A DNA stretch of 64,000 nt. Source: a virus. Of this stretch, positions 8,684 to 17,423 are shown in pieces. The stretch lies in the IMG/VR virus record IMGVR_UViG_3300020152_000021, positions 1 to 64,000 of that record. One strand, 5' to 3'. The position numbers and the translations under genes are program-made. Numbering within the stretch: the stretch's first letter is position 1; every line of letters begins with the position of its first letter. Under the pieces are notes generated by a model. The model had not been told where the DNA came from and searched no databases. It saw nothing but the letters and a program-made list of their open reading frames with translations.

Positions 8684-10525
8684 ATGGCTGTTAACGTCGG
8701 TTCCGGTACCAAGAAAAATCAACAAACTCAATCCCACGGCGCACAAAACGTGGATCAACTCAATACTCAACAACAACATGGTGCTGGATTCTTCCCGCAG
8801 TTTGGTATTTCTTCCCGTCTGTCGACCTATGGTTCCGGCGGTGAGATGTACGAAAAGCTGTTCGAGAAGATTCAAGCCAAGGTCAAGTTCCTGAATGAAG
8901 AAGTCAAGACCGAAGAAAAGTATGCGGCTATTAAGCTTCTGAAGCAAAACGCTGGTCTGAACTATTCTGGTATCGTCGTAACTGAAAGCGCTGGTAACAT
9001 TACCTCTGCTCACGTTCTGATGATCGAGAAGACCGGTGAATATCCGGAAAAGCTGACCGAAAACATCGCTGGTGTTCGTTACGAAATCACTCGTACTCCG
9101 GCTGACGCAATGGATGAGAAGTATATCTCTCAAGCAACCATTGCGGTGGCTGAAGCACTGAAGATCGATCCGAACTCGATCGTCATCACGGACGGTACTC
9201 TGGTGCCGAACGAATTCGATGTGACCAGTGACGTGCAAGTGTCTGAACTGATCAACAACACGTTCAACGCAATCCACTCGGAAAATGCGATTCGTGTGTC
9301 GGATTACAAGGGCATGAACATCGCGCAACTGCTGAACGCTAACCGTAATGGTAAGTTCTTCATCAATCTGTACTTCAACAGTGACGAAGCAAACTTCTTC
9401 GATCAAACCGGTCTGCCGGTGCGTCAAGACATCTGCATCTCGCTGTCGTATAAGGTTGGTGCAAACCAGAACAACAAGTCGATCAATCAAGGCTTTGACT
9501 CGTATGACATCGTCAAGACCTACGGCTACGTTGACTTCGAGTTCGTCGGTCCGTCCATCGTGAACAACATGATGACGAGCCAGAAGTTTGTTCCGAACTT
9601 CATCATCACCCATATCGAATCTCAGGTTGCTCCGACGCCGGACATTCTGATGCTCGGTGTGGCTTCGGTTCTGGCTGTGAACGACGATCTGAACTGGATG
9701 CAAGCATTCCGTAGCACTCCGGGTAAGAAGAACGAAGTCGACTACAACGATATCGGTGCACTGAATATCGAAGCCAATCTGGAAAACAATCCGACTGGTT
9801 TTGGTAAGAAGTACGATACCAAGGCTAAGACCTTCACGGTGGCTGAACTGAACAAGTACATCCAATCGCTGGTGCGTCCGAACCTGCTGGTGTCGATCGA
9901 TATTCCGAAGGCTGGTCCGGAAACCTGGTATACTTCGGTGTTCCAGTACATCAAGTTCCGTAACGACAAGAATGGTTTCGAGCGTGTTGCTAACAGCATC
10001 GCGACGATGACCAACGGTGTGTATCAGCATGGCAACATCCCGATGTTTGCAGATGTCTCCAATAAGATCCACGGCGGCTTCTACAAGAGCAAGGATGGCT
10101 ACAAGGACGTGCGTCATCTGTCCTCGTACCTGTCGGTGGCGAACTATATCTCCGACACGAATCAACAACCGATTCTGATTTCTCAGTACACGAACACGCT
10201 GTACAACAGCTCGATTCCGGCTGAACTGCGTGCTGCTGAGCGTCGTAAGTTTGTTGATGAAATGTCGAACAAGACTGCAGTCTACAAGCAATTCTACGAC
10301 CGTCTGACTTTCAATGCTCACTTCCTCGTGAACATGGTCAACAGTCTGAAAGCTTCTGGCTTCAACCCGATCTTCAGCAACATGGGTGCAGTCAACGATA
10401 TGTTTGTTCGTCGTAGCAGCGTGGACTTCACGAACGCGATGCTGGGCGCTGACGCTCGTATCATGGGTCAGAACAACATGTTCGGTAGTTTCTTCATGCC
10501 GTATAACTACAACCGTACCTTCTAA
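8684..10525 (+). CDS. chmA: Chimallin, phage nuclear shell protein (phiKZ gp54-like)
   Basis: 613 aa, disordered Q-rich N-terminus, strongest high-expression codon bias in the window, own SD and terminator, located just upstream of the nvRNAP beta' gene as in phiKZ-like phages; PhuZ nearby. Assignment rests on size, synteny and recalled similarity. Confidence 0.85.
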   Translation: MAVNVGSGTKKNQQTQSHGAQNVDQLNTQQQHGAGFFPQFGISSRLSTYGSGGEMYEKLFEKIQAKVKFLNEEVKTEEKYAAIKLLKQNAGLNYSGIVVTESAGNITSAHVLMIEKTGEYPEKLTENIAGVRYEITRTPADAMDEKYISQATIAVAEALKIDPNSIVITDGTLVPNEFDVTSDVQVSELINNTFNAIHSENAIRVSDYKGMNIAQLLNANRNGKFFINLYFNSDEANFFDQTGLPVRQDICISLSYKVGANQNNKSINQGFDSYDIVKTYGYVDFEFVGPSIVNNMMTSQKFVPNFIITHIESQVAPTPDILMLGVASVLAVNDDLNWMQAFRSTPGKKNEVDYNDIGALNIEANLENNPTGFGKKYDTKAKTFTVAELNKYIQSLVRPNLLVSIDIPKAGPETWYTSVFQYIKFRNDKNGFERVANSIATMTNGVYQHGNIPMFADVSNKIHGGFYKSKDGYKDVRHLSSYLSVANYISDTNQQPILISQYTNTLYNSSIPAELRAAERRKFVDEMSNKTAVYKQFYDRLTFNAHFLVNMVNSLKASGFNPIFSNMGAVNDMFVRRSSVDFTNAMLGADARIMGQNNMFGSFFMPYNYNRTF

Positions 10526-10543
10526 TCGAAGGTAATAGCAAAG

Positions 10544-10579
10544 GCTACCAGAGAGAAATCTCTGGTAGCTTTTTTCTTT
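10544..10579 (+). terminator. Intrinsic terminator after chmA
   Basis: 11-bp stem GCTACCAGAGA-gaaa-TCTCTGGTAGC plus T tract. Confidence 0.88.
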
Positions 10580-10595
10580 TAATGACGAGGGAAAT

Positions 10596-10913
10596 ATGAT
10601 TAATGAAAATAAAGTGTATCGCTACTTAAAACTTAGAAGTAGACGTAATGGATTTATCAGAGGCACAACTGTTTGTCGTCATCTTAATATCCGTTTCAAA
10701 GATCTTAAAAAGCTCGATGACATTAATGGTATTGGAAGTATCGGAGTAGCTGCATATGAAATGAAGACTCGTGAAGCTAGACGTTACGCTAAACGTAATG
10801 CTTACTGTGCAGATTTCCGTGGAATGTTTAGACTCAACGATAGAATCTATTGCATCAAGCAAAAGAAAATACGTAAAGGAAAGAACCCGATTAATTTCCA
10901 TCTGTTAAAATAA
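10596..10913 (+). CDS. Basic hypothetical protein
   Basis: 105-aa K/R-rich ORF with GAGGG SD. Confidence 0.55.
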   Translation: MINENKVYRYLKLRSRRNGFIRGTTVCRHLNIRFKDLKKLDDINGIGSIGVAAYEMKTREARRYAKRNAYCADFRGMFRLNDRIYCIKQKKIRKGKNPINFHLLK

Positions 10914-10939
10914 TTTTGTTTCTGAAACCTATATAAGTA

Positions 10940-10950
10940 CATATATAATA
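10940..10950 (+). promoter_or_regulatory. Class-1 promoter-like motif CATATATAATA
   Basis: Intergenic copy upstream of the 11024/nvRNAP beta' unit. Confidence 0.55.
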
Positions 10951-11023
10951 CTTGGACCTTATCAAGAATATTGATAAAAGTACTCAATGCTCTTATAGAG
11001 TGAATATCCTAGAAAGGATTGAT

Positions 11024-11290
11024 ATGTCGACAACACGACCATTTTTACCAGCCTGGACAGTGGTAGTGCATACAAAAGAACAAACAAGTATTTGGCTAGG
11101 TACAGCATATTACTTCTTCGATATTGAAGAAGAAGCCAGTGCCTTTTACCAAGCACAATGTGATAAAGGACTCGGTGTAGTTAAAAGACCTTTTTATCTA
11201 GGAAACGACGTGAAGTATATGAACGTCTGTGAACAAGTAAGAATACATGAAGCACTTAAAAAAGGAGATGTAAATGCCAGTAGTTCTTAA
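11024..11290 (+). CDS. Hypothetical protein
   Basis: AAAGGA SD precedes ATG 11024 (in frame with track ORF 10952); overlaps the start of the next gene. Confidence 0.6.
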   Translation: MSTTRPFLPAWTVVVHTKEQTSIWLGTAYYFFDIEEEASAFYQAQCDKGLGVVKRPFYLGNDVKYMNVCEQVRIHEALKKGDVNASSS

Positions 11291-12701
11291 GTTAAAGAAT
11301 TTCGATGAAATATATACATCCTTACAAACCGATAAAATCTTAGTAAATCATATCGACATCTTCAATACCGAAACGAAGGAGATGCTCGATCAGCTTATCA
11401 TTAAGAACTATTCAGAAGACAATCTTTCTATTATTCCGTCTTGTCAGTGCGGAGAATTGAAAGGTACTTATTACGTTGGTGATGTCTGTTCTCATTGCGG
11501 AACAACCGTGACGTCTTCGGTAGATGATAACATTTCCTTCTTGCTCTGGATGCAAACACCGCAAGAAGTAGAGTATTTCATTTCCCCTATCATCCTCTCG
11601 ATTCTGATTGATCGATATAAGATTACTAAGCCTAATGTACCGTTGATTAAATACATTATGCTTCCTAATTACTTAATCGATAAGAAACAACAGAAAAAGA
11701 ATTTAGGTTTATTAGAGAAGCTTGACTTTTTACTTCAAGCAAACAATATTAAACGAGGCTACAATAGCTTCGTACAGAATTTCTTTAAGATTATTGAAAT
11801 CTTGGATACCGAATTCGTTAAGGAAAAAGCAGCAGAAAAGCAAGCTTTCTACGAGTTCTTGATGCACAACAAAGACAAGATTTTCAGTCGTTATTTACCG
11901 TTCCCAAACAAAATTATGTTTGCAATGGATAGTAACGAACTGGGTAAGTTTATTGACAAGAGTCTGTTGAATCCTATCAACGTGATTCGTCGAGTGACGG
12001 GTATCGATCTGTATACGAAACCGTCGCATATTAAGCAAACTAAAGTAGCAAAGAGTTTGATTGACCTTGCTGAGTTCTATAAGGGTTATATGAAGACAAC
12101 GTTCTTCAGTAAGCCTGGACTTATTCGACAGCATATTAGTTCTACGCGTAGTCACTTTACGGGGCGTGCTGTAGTAGTAAGTATCTTTGGACCGCATGAG
12201 TATGACGAGCTACATATTCCCTGGAGTTTGTCTTGTTCTTTGTTAAGAGAACATATTCTCAATCGACTGTATGCAAGAGGTTATAGCTATAAACAAGCGA
12301 TTAACTTCCTTATCTTCCATAATAAAATCTATCATCCGATGCTAGATGAGATCTTCCGAGAAATCATCCTGGCTTCTGGTAGTGGTATTAAAGCCCTATT
12401 TAATCGTAATCCTTCCCTACACCGTGGTTCGATACAAACAGTTAGAATTACGAAGGTGAAGACAGACGTAGAAGACAATACGTTTAGTATGAGTTATCTG
12501 ATTGCAGCAAGCTTTAATGCGGACTTCGATGGCGATGAATTGAATCTGACGTTGCCGTTGACTGAACGTGTCCATAAGCATATGGATAACTTCGAGTCGC
12601 ATCACAATCTGCTTTCTCTTACTGGACCGAACGACTTCACGTCGAATATTAAGTTTCCGAAAACGATTGTAAGTACCTTAAGTAACTGGTTCAATAATTA
12701 A
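11274..12701 (+). CDS. Non-virion RNA polymerase beta' subunit, N-terminal/catalytic part (phiKZ gp55-like)
   Basis: Zn-finger CQCG...CSHC, RSHFTGRAVV, LFNRNPSLH, catalytic NADFDGD; AAGGAG SD. Confidence 0.93.
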   Translation: MPVVLKLKNFDEIYTSLQTDKILVNHIDIFNTETKEMLDQLIIKNYSEDNLSIIPSCQCGELKGTYYVGDVCSHCGTTVTSSVDDNISFLLWMQTPQEVEYFISPIILSILIDRYKITKPNVPLIKYIMLPNYLIDKKQQKKNLGLLEKLDFLLQANNIKRGYNSFVQNFFKIIEILDTEFVKEKAAEKQAFYEFLMHNKDKIFSRYLPFPNKIMFAMDSNELGKFIDKSLLNPINVIRRVTGIDLYTKPSHIKQTKVAKSLIDLAEFYKGYMKTTFFSKPGLIRQHISSTRSHFTGRAVVVSIFGPHEYDELHIPWSLSCSLLREHILNRLYARGYSYKQAINFLIFHNKIYHPMLDEIFREIILASGSGIKALFNRNPSLHRGSIQTVRITKVKTDVEDNTFSMSYLIAASFNADFDGDELNLTLPLTERVHKHMDNFESHHNLLSLTGPNDFTSNIKFPKTIVSTLSNWFNN

Positions 12702-12708
12702 AAGTGAA

Positions 12709-12743
12709 ACTCTCCTACTTTCGGGTAGGAGAGTCTTCTTTTT
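12709..12743 (+). terminator. Intrinsic terminator
   Basis: ACTCTCCTACT-ttcg-GGTAGGAGAGT plus T tract. Confidence 0.8.
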
Positions 12744-12759
12744 CAAAAAGGAGTTTAGT

Positions 12760-13026
12760 ATGAAAAAATTGAATGTGATTAAGTTTCCTAAGCTTTTTAA
12801 ACCTAAGACTTACGACCTAGCGTCTTCCCCTGTCGCAGAAAAGAGTTGTGGAAATTGCGCTCATTATCGACGCGGAATAATAGCCGCTATGGAATCAGAT
12901 AAATGTTTGCATTATCCGACTGCTTCTTTACTGGACGTTAACAATCAGATATGTGGTGTTAAAGAACGTCCTCTCTGGTCAAAGAAGAAAGGTCTTCTTA
13001 CTCGTTTCGTCAATTGGTTGCTTTAA
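12760..13026 (+). CDS. Small Cys-containing hypothetical protein
   Basis: AAGGAG SD; CxxC..C..C pattern. Confidence 0.65.
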   Translation: MKKLNVIKFPKLFKPKTYDLASSPVAEKSCGNCAHYRRGIIAAMESDKCLHYPTASLLDVNNQICGVKERPLWSKKKGLLTRFVNWLL

Positions 13027-13035
13027 AGGAAAAGT

Positions 13036-13539
13036 ATGCTTACTGATCAACAACACCAAGATCGTCTTCGAACATATCATCGTATTCTTAAATTGAAATG
13101 GATGAATGGTTTACCTAAACGTGTGCAAAATGTGATTGCAGCATATGGCAGTGACCAAAAACATTTTACTAAAAGTACTTTGATTGCTGATATAAAAAGT
13201 GGAATCTTTCTTCAAACAGCAATCAATCCTGGACCTAAAACTGTTGACATTATCGAAAACCATTTTGGTATCGCTACTCCTAAAGAAACAATCACAGGAG
13301 TAGCTGTTAGGGCTAACGGTAAGCTCTATAAGTTACCTAAACCTAATAGACACCATCATGTTCTCGGCCTCATCCATAAAGAAACAAAAAAAGAAGTATT
13401 TGCTGAAGAAGAAGGTTTTATTACTTCTCTCGGTAGATATGTTAATCGAAAAGAAGCATATCGGATTGCTAAAGCAGCGAATCAATTTCTGCCAAGGCAC
13501 TTTAACTCGGGAGAACTTTATTCCGAATGTGTTTGGTAA
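13036..13539 (+). CDS. Two-domain protein: alpha-CTD-like HhH N-terminus + common phage domain (RHH...EGF.TS.GRYV.R.EA...LYSE)
   Basis: AAGGA SD; C-terminal motif pattern is typical of widespread phage hypothetical proteins; N-terminal LPKRVQNVI..G / NPGPKTVDII pattern. Confidence 0.6.
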   Translation: MLTDQQHQDRLRTYHRILKLKWMNGLPKRVQNVIAAYGSDQKHFTKSTLIADIKSGIFLQTAINPGPKTVDIIENHFGIATPKETITGVAVRANGKLYKLPKPNRHHHVLGLIHKETKKEVFAEEEGFITSLGRYVNRKEAYRIAKAANQFLPRHFNSGELYSECVW

Positions 13540-13574
13540 TTAGATTTTTACAGCTTTTGGAATTAATATGACTG

Positions 13575-13585
13575 CATATATAGTA
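13575..13585 (+). promoter_or_regulatory. Class-1 promoter-like motif CATATATAGTA
   Basis: Intergenic copy 26 nt before ATG 13611. Confidence 0.6.
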
Positions 13586-13610
13586 GTTGACGATACTTTA
13601 GGAGATTTCA

Positions 13611-14237
13611 ATGGGCCAGGTTCTAAATATATCAGAACCAGCACTGGATCTTGTCCTCTACGGGAATAAGTCCAACATTCTTAATAATTACATAGCTCAA
13701 CAATTACAGCAGGTCCGTCCTGCTTTTAATGAATTTAGTAACCGTATTTATCAGAGTCTACAAAATAGTTATAACTTCATTAACGACAAGATGGTGCAGT
13801 ATGGACTAATGAATCAGCTTGTCAATAGTGGAATACAAGTTGTTGATAATTACTATGTAGCTCTTAATAGTTTCACTGAACTTCAAAACGCAAATCCCAC
13901 AATGCAACGTTGGGTGATGTGTCATCCTCATACCAGACAACTCTATCTCGATCAGAACATCGACGGGTACAGCGATAGCTATAGAAATGTCTTTGGTAAA
14001 GGAGTCGGTGAACAAGATTACAACTATTGTCTGGTGATGGATGGTGTAGTTCAAGACACCGATAATGGTTTCGTAGTGAAGCATTATATTCAAGATCTAC
14101 TTCCCGGAGATAAGGAATTAGTTCATTTTGAAAAGATGCCTATTCTTCACACTCATGATTGTATGGATTATATCATAGAGACGTGTAAGTTTGACTTTAC
14201 AGTTAAAAGTACAGACCCTATTAAACGTAACGGATAA
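13611..14237 (+). CDS. Probable chimallivirus core protein (positionally phiKZ gp59-like)
   Basis: 208 aa, AGGAG SD, own class-1 motif; position downstream of the gp55-like gene. Orthology inferred from synteny only. Confidence 0.55.
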   Translation: MGQVLNISEPALDLVLYGNKSNILNNYIAQQLQQVRPAFNEFSNRIYQSLQNSYNFINDKMVQYGLMNQLVNSGIQVVDNYYVALNSFTELQNANPTMQRWVMCHPHTRQLYLDQNIDGYSDSYRNVFGKGVGEQDYNYCLVMDGVVQDTDNGFVVKHYIQDLLPGDKELVHFEKMPILHTHDCMDYIIETCKFDFTVKSTDPIKRNG

Positions 14238-14261
14238 ACCTTTATTTAACAGAGGCTAAAA

Positions 14262-14507
14262 GTGAATCTGAATCAAGAGCAATTAGTAGAACTGAACACC
14301 TTACTTAAATCGCAGAAGCTTGATCTCCCTTCTTTTAGACGAGAGGTACGTTCTTGCGGTACTAACTTTGGATGGCTGCAAAAGCATCTTACCATGAAGA
14401 ATCCTGACGCACCTGCTCGACTGAAGGAACTTCTGGGTATTCAAGAGCGTAAGCAAAAACCTCAGGTTACTGAGGAAGAGGAAGAGTCTTCCGAAGCGCT
14501 CGAATAA
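14262..14507 (+). CDS. Hypothetical protein with acidic tail
   Basis: GTG start, GAGG SD, followed by a terminator. Confidence 0.65.
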   Translation: MNLNQEQLVELNTLLKSQKLDLPSFRREVRSCGTNFGWLQKHLTMKNPDAPARLKELLGIQERKQKPQVTEEEEESSEALE

Positions 14508-14528
14508 AGCCAGCAACAAGTAATAACG

Positions 14529-14564
14529 GAAGAGCTAGATAACCTCTAGCTCTTCTTTTTTTTT
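14529..14564 (+). terminator. Intrinsic terminator
   Basis: GAAGAGCTAGA-taacc-TCTAGCTCTTC plus long T run. Confidence 0.85.
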
Positions 14565-14580
14565 CTGGAGAATAACAAAA

Positions 14581-14784
14581 ATGAAACTATCAGCAAAAGT
14601 CTTCTCGTTCATTTTACTTTGCTTAGGATTATGGTCTGTATATTCTAAGCTAGGTTTTAAGTTTAACGTGGACTTTTTGATTCCAGCAATTCTATTAATC
14701 GGTGGGTTTATTCTAGCCCATGTAGATAACAAAACGTATTACGAAGATCGTACAAGGAAGTGTAAAAATGATAAACTTTTTTAA
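14581..14784 (+). CDS. Small membrane protein (2 TM)
   Basis: GGAG SD; two hydrophobic segments. Confidence 0.6.
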   Translation: MKLSAKVFSFILLCLGLWSVYSKLGFKFNVDFLIPAILLIGGFILAHVDNKTYYEDRTRKCKNDKLF

Positions 14785-15298
14785 GAATCCTTCTGTTTTA
14801 TCTGGTGTTGCTCACGCAACTATGTTGATATTTCTATTTAACAACTACAGTGGTTTTGAATTAACTAAGTTTGTGATAGTTGTGATCTTATTATTTATAT
14901 CCACTACCTTGGACTTTAAAGCAGGATTTAATGCCGGTAAGCTTGCTCTTATCCAGTCGAACCAATCTAAGAAACCTAAACAAAGCATCCACTGGGATCA
15001 TAAAGATCCTTTAGAACAAGTTATTAATGATCATCCTGTCTGCTTGTTTGATATGGAATTCGATGTTAATGATGCTCTACGAGGAACCTTAAAAGGTGGT
15101 TCTATACATTTATTGCGTAAAGACGGACATTATACCACGTTGATGTTGCTGCACGATGGTTGGGTGTATGGCTGTGATACAAGCATCGGAAAAGATGTTT
15201 TGAAAGATAGTTGTCGTTATATTCCAATGGTAACTATCGACGCTATTGAGCTTTGTGAAAAAGCACAAGATAGTCTAAAAAGAAAATTACACAATTAA
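14768..15298 (+). CDS. Membrane-anchored hypothetical protein
   Basis: Two N-terminal hydrophobic helices and a soluble C-domain; AAGGA SD. Confidence 0.65.
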   Translation: MINFFKNPSVLSGVAHATMLIFLFNNYSGFELTKFVIVVILLFISTTLDFKAGFNAGKLALIQSNQSKKPKQSIHWDHKDPLEQVINDHPVCLFDMEFDVNDALRGTLKGGSIHLLRKDGHYTTLMLLHDGWVYGCDTSIGKDVLKDSCRYIPMVTIDAIELCEKAQDSLKRKLHN

Positions 15299-15309
15299 AG
15301 GTTATTAAA

Positions 15310-16311
15310 ATGAAAGTAGTGATTTATCATACGAATTGTAATGATGGTTTGTTTGCTGCGCTATGTGCGTGGCAAAAGTTTGGTATGGATGCTTTGTATA
15401 TTCCGGTGAATTACAAACCTATACAAGAGATGGAACCGATGGATGCATTGCGGTTTATCTTTAGTAAAGAGACTGCTAAGTCTGTAGACGCTATCGGTAA
15501 TAGTAAATATAAAGTTCAAGACGTTACAGAAGAGAACTACAAAGACGTTGAACTATTCGTATTAGATTATAGTTTCCCGGTTGATCACTTCATCACTCAT
15601 TGCGGTGAATTTAAGAGCGTGACTGTATTGGATCATCATGAGAAAGCTATTAAAGATTATTGCGAGATCTTCCATCATATCGTAGACAACAATGGATGGA
15701 AAGTTCTTACTCCTTTTGATAATTGCAAACTTATCTTCGCAGAAAAAGAATCTGGAGCTAAACTATCTTGGATGTATTTTAATCCTGGTGTAGAAGTTCC
15801 TGGCTATATTGAACTAGTGAGCGATAGAGACCTGTGGAAGTTCAAGCTTGAATATACTCGTTCTTTCCACGCTGGTATTAAGACTCTCAACGAAAGTAAC
15901 TTTAGAGCTTTAGAGCAAAATGTTAAGTTCGGTATTAATCGTATTCTTGATCTAGGTAAGTATAGTGAGAGAATGGTTAATGACCGCATTAAAGCTCTGA
16001 AGAACTCTAATTGCAGATTTATTACTATTCATCACAAGGGTAAGAGATACAAAGCTGGTTTAGTGAATTGCTATCTCGACATCGCTAGTGATCTTTGTGC
16101 TAAGATTATTAAAGATGAAGAATGCAAAATAGCTATTGCATATAACATACATAGAGACGATATTGTAGGTTGTAGTATTCGCTCTAACAATGAACTTGCT
16201 ATGCCTATTGCTGAAAGGTTTGGCGGTGGCGGTCATTTGAATGCATCTGGATTTAGCATTACTCTGGATCAATTATTCAATATACTGACTACAGGTATAT
16301 TGGAGGCTTAA
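15310..16311 (+). CDS. DHH/DHHA1-family phosphoesterase
   Basis: YHxNCNDG, LDYS, LDHH, DRDLW, SIRS, GGGGH motifs. Confidence 0.9.
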   Translation: MKVVIYHTNCNDGLFAALCAWQKFGMDALYIPVNYKPIQEMEPMDALRFIFSKETAKSVDAIGNSKYKVQDVTEENYKDVELFVLDYSFPVDHFITHCGEFKSVTVLDHHEKAIKDYCEIFHHIVDNNGWKVLTPFDNCKLIFAEKESGAKLSWMYFNPGVEVPGYIELVSDRDLWKFKLEYTRSFHAGIKTLNESNFRALEQNVKFGINRILDLGKYSERMVNDRIKALKNSNCRFITIHHKGKRYKAGLVNCYLDIASDLCAKIIKDEECKIAIAYNIHRDDIVGCSIRSNNELAMPIAERFGGGGHLNASGFSITLDQLFNILTTGILEA

Positions 16312-16740
16312 ATGACGAAAGCTATAGCAAGCTTATCAGAACAAGGATGGATCACAGATAGCGCTAAGATATTGAATCACATCTTAAGCTATTACATCTT
16401 AACTGATAATGCTCAGACTCTTGTATTTCAAGATAACTTAATTAACTTACCCTCTACTTATTATCAGTTTATCAATGATCCCACTGGTATGGCTTCTGCT
16501 GTAAAGTCTGATCTGGATAAATTAATTAGCAGATACTTCTCAATTGCTGATGTAAACACGGAAGTTAAGAAACTCAGCGATAGTAAGTATGCGATTCTTC
16601 TGTATGCAGCGGCAGTAACAGAAGACAACACTCGTGTTGAGTTAAGTAAAGTTGTCGAGATTTCCTCTACTGGGTTAAGAAAGATTATTGAGGTTAATAA
16701 CTTCGGTGACGGTCGGTCTTATTTAGCTGCGTTAAATTAA
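16312..16740 (+). CDS. Probable core protein (positionally phiKZ gp61-like)
   Basis: 142-aa ORF, GGAGG SD, abuts the DHH gene; orthology by synteny only. Confidence 0.6.
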   Translation: MTKAIASLSEQGWITDSAKILNHILSYYILTDNAQTLVFQDNLINLPSTYYQFINDPTGMASAVKSDLDKLISRYFSIADVNTEVKKLSDSKYAILLYAAAVTEDNTRVELSKVVEISSTGLRKIIEVNNFGDGRSYLAALN

Positions 16741-16784
16741 TAATACCGGTAGGTATAATTTGATTTCTAGGACTGGAGTTTATC

Positions 16785-17342
16785 GTGAGTTTAGAGAACC
16801 AATTAACTAATGTAAGAAACGCCTTATTAGCGGAAATGGAAAAGAGTAAGACTGTGGTTTTTCAAGGCTTACTCGAAAATCCTTTAATTAATCAAATACC
16901 AGAAAGCTTATTTGTAAACTACTTCTTACCGCATTTTATCGGAAAAGGTACTAATCCTAACTGGGTGATGGAATGGATTAGTATTGCTGGTACACCGATG
17001 GCAGAAGTAGCTGTATTTAAAGATGGTACTAGTGAACATTTGTTTAACGTTCCTAGTTTACTTTATACCAATAACCTCTTTATGCAAAGAAAAGGTGGTG
17101 ATCTTGGTGATATCTTTACTAAGTATGAACAGTTGAATAATAACTTACCAGTAAATGGATTGTCTTTTTTATTGGAAGCTCTTAATACCAAGAATCATGA
17201 ACTGTTAAGTAATCTTAATCTACAAGGGGTGAACTCTGTGTGGTTAGGTATCTTTCAGCGCTATGGTCTTGTGAATGCTAACCAATCCGCTACTAATGGA
17301 GCTACTCAGGAAAATAACTTAAATGATTTCCTTGAATTCTAA
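16785..17342 (+). CDS. Probable core protein (positionally phiKZ gp62-like)
   Basis: 185-aa ORF, GGAG SD, GTG start; class-2-like ATAATTTGA at 16755-16763. Confidence 0.6.
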   Translation: MSLENQLTNVRNALLAEMEKSKTVVFQGLLENPLINQIPESLFVNYFLPHFIGKGTNPNWVMEWISIAGTPMAEVAVFKDGTSEHLFNVPSLLYTNNLFMQRKGGDLGDIFTKYEQLNNNLPVNGLSFLLEALNTKNHELLSNLNLQGVNSVWLGIFQRYGLVNANQSATNGATQENNLNDFLEF

Positions 17343-17344
17343 TC

Positions 17345-17384
17345 GATAAGCTATACCAGGAAACTGGTATAGCTTATCTTTCTT
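17345..17384 (+). terminator. Intrinsic terminator
   Basis: 15-bp stem GATAAGCTATACCAG-gaaa-CTGGTATAGCTTATC. Confidence 0.85.
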
Positions 17385-17423
17385 GTATTTTTTGAGTTAG
17401 CTACGACTATAAAGGAGTTTAAT

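Noticed and set aside
8669-10321. 550-aa antisense ORF opposite chmA
   Set aside because: Shadow frame produced by the strong codon bias of the sense gene; no SD, no motifs.
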